Source of the DNA: an uncultured virus (IMG/VR IMGVR_UViG_3300037483_001817)
Taxonomy: Duplodnaviria > Heunggongvirae > Uroviricota > Caudoviricetes
Length of the DNA stretch: 64,000 bases
Direction: 5' to 3' (one strand)
IMG/VR virus record: IMGVR_UViG_3300037483_001817
Part shown: positions 60,255-64,000 of the stretch, one piece after another
Layout of the letters: each line of letters begins with the position of its first letter
Position numbering within the stretch: the stretch's first letter is position 1
Made by a program: the position numbers and the translations under genes
The notes under the pieces: generated by a model
The model's input: only the letters and a program-made list of their open reading frames with translations
Databases searched by the model: none
What the model was told of the DNA's origin: nothing

Positions 60255-61274
60255 GTGAGTCGCGATCTCAAGCGTGTTCCTTTAACGTTCGCCTGGCCGT
60301 TGCACGAAATCTGGGGAGGCTTCGTCAACCCGTACTACCAGCTGGCCGGCAGATGCCCTGACTGCAAGAACGGTTACGATCGCGCGAAGGGTCGCCCAGA
60401 CGCCAACGCGGTCCTCTTCCACGATCAGTGGTACGGCAACGCGCCGTTCGATCCGGTCGCGTACGGTGCCGAGCCGCTATCGCCGTTCGCACCTGCGATC
60501 TGGCGCCTCGCCAGCAGGAACGTGGACGCCGCACCCGACTTCTACATGATGAACGCAGAGCGGATCGCTCGCGAGGAGTTCAAGCACAAAGCGTTGACGG
60601 GTACCTTCCATGACGACGATCCGCTCCTCGTCCCGTTCCCGGCGTTCGACAAAGAGTATGCAATCAACAGCGAGGCACGGAGGCTCTACGAGCTCTGGCG
60701 TTTTCAGTGGAACCATCACCTGATCCAGGCCGACGTCGATGCACTCGTCACGGCAGATCGACTGTGGGACCTGACCCGTCGTCCACGCAACGAAGAGCAG
60801 CTCGATCAGCTGAAAGCGCAGGCCGCTGCCGGCGGATCGAGCTGCTGGCTCGACGCGCCGAACGGTCATCACCCAACAGCCGCCGAGGTGAATGCGTGGT
60901 CGCTCGAGGGCTTCGGTCACGACGGCCTCAACAATAGCGTCTGCGTCAGAGCACGCTGCACCCGTGAGGCTGTCCCGTACATGTGCTGCCGCTGCCAAGG
61001 ATCCGGAAAAATCTGGCCAACGCCCGAGATCGAACGGCAGTACGAAGACTGGCAACCCACGCCTCCGCCAACCGGCGACGGGTATCAGCTCTGGGAGGAC
61101 TGCTCCGAAGGTTCGCCGGTCTCTCCTGTATTCGCCTCGCTCGACGAGCTGTGCGAATGGTCCGCCGAGCACGCCACGACGTTCGGTCCTCACAAGGCGA
61201 CAGCCGAGGAGTGGAAAGAGATGCTCGACGGCGGCGTCGTACACGCCAAGGTCGGGAACGATATCTTCCTATGA
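60255..61274 (+). CDS. phage-type hypothetical protein with CxxCxG motifs
   Basis: KRVP..F.WP...W.G, CPDC..G, CCRCQGSG, PP.GDGYQLWE..SEGSP.SPVF. Confidence 0.7.
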   Translation: MSRDLKRVPLTFAWPLHEIWGGFVNPYYQLAGRCPDCKNGYDRAKGRPDANAVLFHDQWYGNAPFDPVAYGAEPLSPFAPAIWRLASRNVDAAPDFYMMNAERIAREEFKHKALTGTFHDDDPLLVPFPAFDKEYAINSEARRLYELWRFQWNHHLIQADVDALVTADRLWDLTRRPRNEEQLDQLKAQAAAGGSSCWLDAPNGHHPTAAEVNAWSLEGFGHDGLNNSVCVRARCTREAVPYMCCRCQGSGKIWPTPEIERQYEDWQPTPPPTGDGYQLWEDCSEGSPVSPVFASLDELCEWSAEHATTFGPHKATAEEWKEMLDGGVVHAKVGNDIFL

Positions 61275-61561
61275 ACGCACCCATCGACATCGAGTGCCCG
61301 GCCTGTGCGGCGACAGCCGGCAACTACTGCACCGCACCCTCCACCGATCCGAAGGTCCGTCAGCGGGTCACCTTCTATCACGCCGAGCGTGTCGACGCCG
61401 CGTTTCGCCGGATCGCGAGCCGTCGAGACGACCCGCGCGCACTACGCGTTGCGCTGCGTGAGGCCCTCGACCGCCTTGAGAAGCACGAACCAGCTGTTCA
61501 GGCCGCGCTCACCAATGACCTGAGCTTCATCATCACGACCCGAGAGGTGTTCGGACTATGA
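61271..61561 (+). CDS. zinc-finger protein
   Basis: CPAC.A.AG.YC..H.ER; ATGA coupling. Confidence 0.55.
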   Translation: MNAPIDIECPACAATAGNYCTAPSTDPKVRQRVTFYHAERVDAAFRRIASRRDDPRALRVALREALDRLEKHEPAVQAALTNDLSFIITTREVFGL

Positions 61562-61782
61562 GCAAGCGCCGCATCCGACTCATGTTCGATCATCCCACGC
61601 ACACGTGCGACGTCGTAGTCGACATCCATTTACCGTTGCCAGAACCGATCGAGGAGAGCGTCGCTGCGATGGCCGATCGCGTCCGGCCCGCATGTCCGAT
61701 CTGCAAACAACCCATGCCGTACACCGGATGGAGCTTCAGCGACCTCGACGACGATGACAACACCCTGGGGCCAACCCGATGA
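61558..61782 (+). CDS. hypothetical protein
   Basis: ATGA coupling. Confidence 0.5.
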   Translation: MSKRRIRLMFDHPTHTCDVVVDIHLPLPEPIEESVAAMADRVRPACPICKQPMPYTGWSFSDLDDDDNTLGPTR

Positions 61783-62504
61783 AGCCGCCGCTAAAGCTCA
61801 TCCACGTCCACTGGCTGTTCAAGGAGGAGCCTACTTTCGCAGGACAGCCCCTCTGCGACGTTGCGCGAGCTGCGAGGGACACCGAGCACTCGATCGTGCT
61901 CCGGCCCGTCATCCGCCAGCGCTCGGGCGGGCGGCTACGCGAGTGCGCGCGCTGCGCGAGGATCGGCAGGGAGCTGGGAATCCCATGAGCCGCGACTACA
62001 CGATGGAGGACTTCCACGCTGAGATGCGTCGCCGTGGCGTGCGTAAGGATGGCCCACAGATCACGGCTCCCGCAGCAACACAGGTCCCTGACGGCGCGGT
62101 CACCAGAATCGTCCGGTGCGGCGTCCACCCGATGCATTTTGTCAGGATCAGCGCGAGTGGCGCTCGCAGTGGCTGCCCCATGTGCGAAGCGGCCAGACGA
62201 TGACGAACCAGAAAGATCTAACCGTGGTGAGTCCACATAACCCACTACCCTTTCGAACCGTGAACGGAGATCCACAGCATGCTCCGAGTGTCGCCCACGA
62301 TCGTGCGCGGATCATCACGCGGATCATCGGCTGCACCTGCGGCTGGCAAACGCCGTCCGGCACCACCGATTCCGATGAAGCTTTCACCATGCACTGTGCT
62401 GTCGTCAGTGTGCATCCTGGCATGGACGTCTATCTCGAGCTGCGAAACGAACGTGGCATTCCCGCCAAACCACACGCTGCACTTCTGGTCCAAGAGGAAA
62501 CTAC

Positions 62505-62846
62505 GTGAGCATCCGCCGTCCCAAGACGAAGACGAAACGCTGCGCGCACTGCAAACGCCGTCGACCCCGCCTCACGATCGAATGGCATCCGGGGATCGAG
62601 GAATGGCAATGCTCGAATTTTAGCTCGTGCGACGAGGTGATCTTTCGCAACGAGGCTCGCAAACGCGAACGTGAGCGGCTGCTCCACGCGCGCCTGACCC
62701 AGGCTACCGACAAGGCATTCTGGAAGAGCACTCGGTACAAGCCTGGTCAGAAACTCGACATGTCCAACCCACAGGATCGGAAAATGTCTCCGGTTTGGAT
62801 GGGCATCTTCCAGCAAAAGCAACGTGAAGCGAAGGAGTCCACATGA
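62505..62846 (+). CDS. hypothetical protein
   Basis: GAGGA RBS, translationally coupled. Confidence 0.55.
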   Translation: MSIRRPKTKTKRCAHCKRRRPRLTIEWHPGIEEWQCSNFSSCDEVIFRNEARKRERERLLHARLTQATDKAFWKSTRYKPGQKLDMSNPQDRKMSPVWMGIFQQKQREAKEST

Positions 62847-63220
62847 TTGGTCTCGATGATGACACCCTCAAGAAACGTCGTGTCCCAACGACACCAGAGG
62901 ATCCTTCGCTAAGTCGCCTCGTGATGGCCCGATACGTCCTCCCGCCAGCGATCCGCTGCTTCTTCCATGTGTACGAGGAGCGCATCGGCACGTACGGCTT
63001 TCGCGTACTCAAGCACGTGCTGGTCTATCCAGGGAACGCCCGACCCGGGATGACGACGGGCTGCGAGTGCGACGTCCATCCCCATGAATACGTCATCGTC
63101 AGCAACAACATTGTTGTCGACCGGACTTGGTGCCGGGCTTGCGTCGCCGCCGTCGACAGGGAATCGAGACGTGGTCATTCACCAACGCGACGCACGCCAG
63201 CCAAAGAAGAGATCACCTGA
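62843..63220 (+). CDS. hypothetical protein
   Basis: AAGGAG RBS, translationally coupled. Confidence 0.55.
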   Translation: MIGLDDDTLKKRRVPTTPEDPSLSRLVMARYVLPPAIRCFFHVYEERIGTYGFRVLKHVLVYPGNARPGMTTGCECDVHPHEYVIVSNNIVVDRTWCRACVAAVDRESRRGHSPTRRTPAKEEIT

Positions 63221-63946
63221 TGCCACGCCACCAGCAAGTCACGACCTGTCGCAAAGGCGGTCCCGTCGAAAAGTTCTGCAACTGCGAAAACTGCTCGTTG
63301 TCGGTGTGCTCGGTCTGCGGTGCCTACGAAGACGGGCTCACGACCGATTGTCCAGGATTGAAGGTCGCCTTCAACCGTCAGAAGGAGGTCTACGAAACCA
63401 GCCTCGACTACACAGACGAACGTGGCTGGCACCTGGGAGCGCCGATGAAGCGCAGAACGCCGCGCTTCGAATCGACGAAGCTGCTGCCCGAGCTGCCACG
63501 CGTCGATCCGCGGACGGTCATCGCGCCGTCGATCTACTGGGCCGCAGTCGATCGTCATGTGAGTCTCCAGCACGAGCTCGCACAGAAGGCGATCGCATGG
63601 GCGCTTGCAGAAAGCACAGCCGAGGATCACTATCGCCGCGATCACCGGGAAGATCAACCTGCGCGAACCGAACGAGCATACGCAAGAGCTACTCGGCAAG
63701 CTCGAACACGCGAAGCTGGAATTCCGTCTCGCGAACCAGCGTGCAGAGACGTGTGACGACGAGTTCCGGCAAGCAGCAAGGACGCTCGTCACCGCGTTGA
63801 AGGAGGGCCAAGTCGCTGCCGTCGCCAACGATAAGACGCTGTTCACGCGTACGTGCGGCTGCACGGTCGTCGCAGGAGCGGCGTGCCCGCACTTCGTCGC
63901 CGCGAACAGCGGCATCGGGGAACCCCGGAAAACCACAGTTCGGTAA
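63220..63946 (+). pseudogene. Cys-rich gene, probably frameshifted near 63634
   Basis: TGATG coupling; one extra C separates ...AEDHY from AAITGKINL... Confidence 0.45.
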
Positions 63947-64000
63947 TCAGCCAAATCCCGCGGGACCCCAGGTGAGATCGGCCCTCAGGATCTGCTAACA

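Noticed and set aside
1..64000. Definite phage assignment
   Set aside because: No terminase, portal, capsid, tail or replication gene was recognised; phage versus plasmid or island remains inference

Overview
GC-rich window packed with short, mostly hypothetical genes that have overlapping stop/start codons and run in long co-directional blocks. No housekeeping, rRNA or canonical tRNA genes are visible. It looks like the accessory region of a large phage or extrachromosomal element; two stand-alone copies of an NtrC/Fis-type HTH suggest a myxobacterial host (inference). The centrepiece is a highly derived type I-C CRISPR-Cas system on the minus strand: cas3-like, small ORF, cas5c, cas8c (with an internal cas11 start), cas7, leader, then a ~13.2 kb array of roughly 180 36-nt repeats (count estimated from the period). 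Cas7 is circularly permuted. Cas3 is full length but has lost its HD-nuclease and helicase catalytic motifs. Cas5c appears to lack its usual RNase residues, and no cas1/2/4/6 is present in the window. Together this points to a non-cutting, RNA-guided DNA-binding system. Other notable structure: an ~806 bp inversion bounded by GATC whose reversal restores two genes in frame; a dispersed paired dyad motif GGGTR-N6-YACCC at helically phased spacings; an expanded TITDEQIR...ARARCAEILNAR micro-protein family with shared gene-junction sequences; a ~50-nt tRNA-like mini element; and a tyrosine recombinase flanked by GTTGCATAA(C) boxes. All family assignments are by-eye motif recognition, not database searches.
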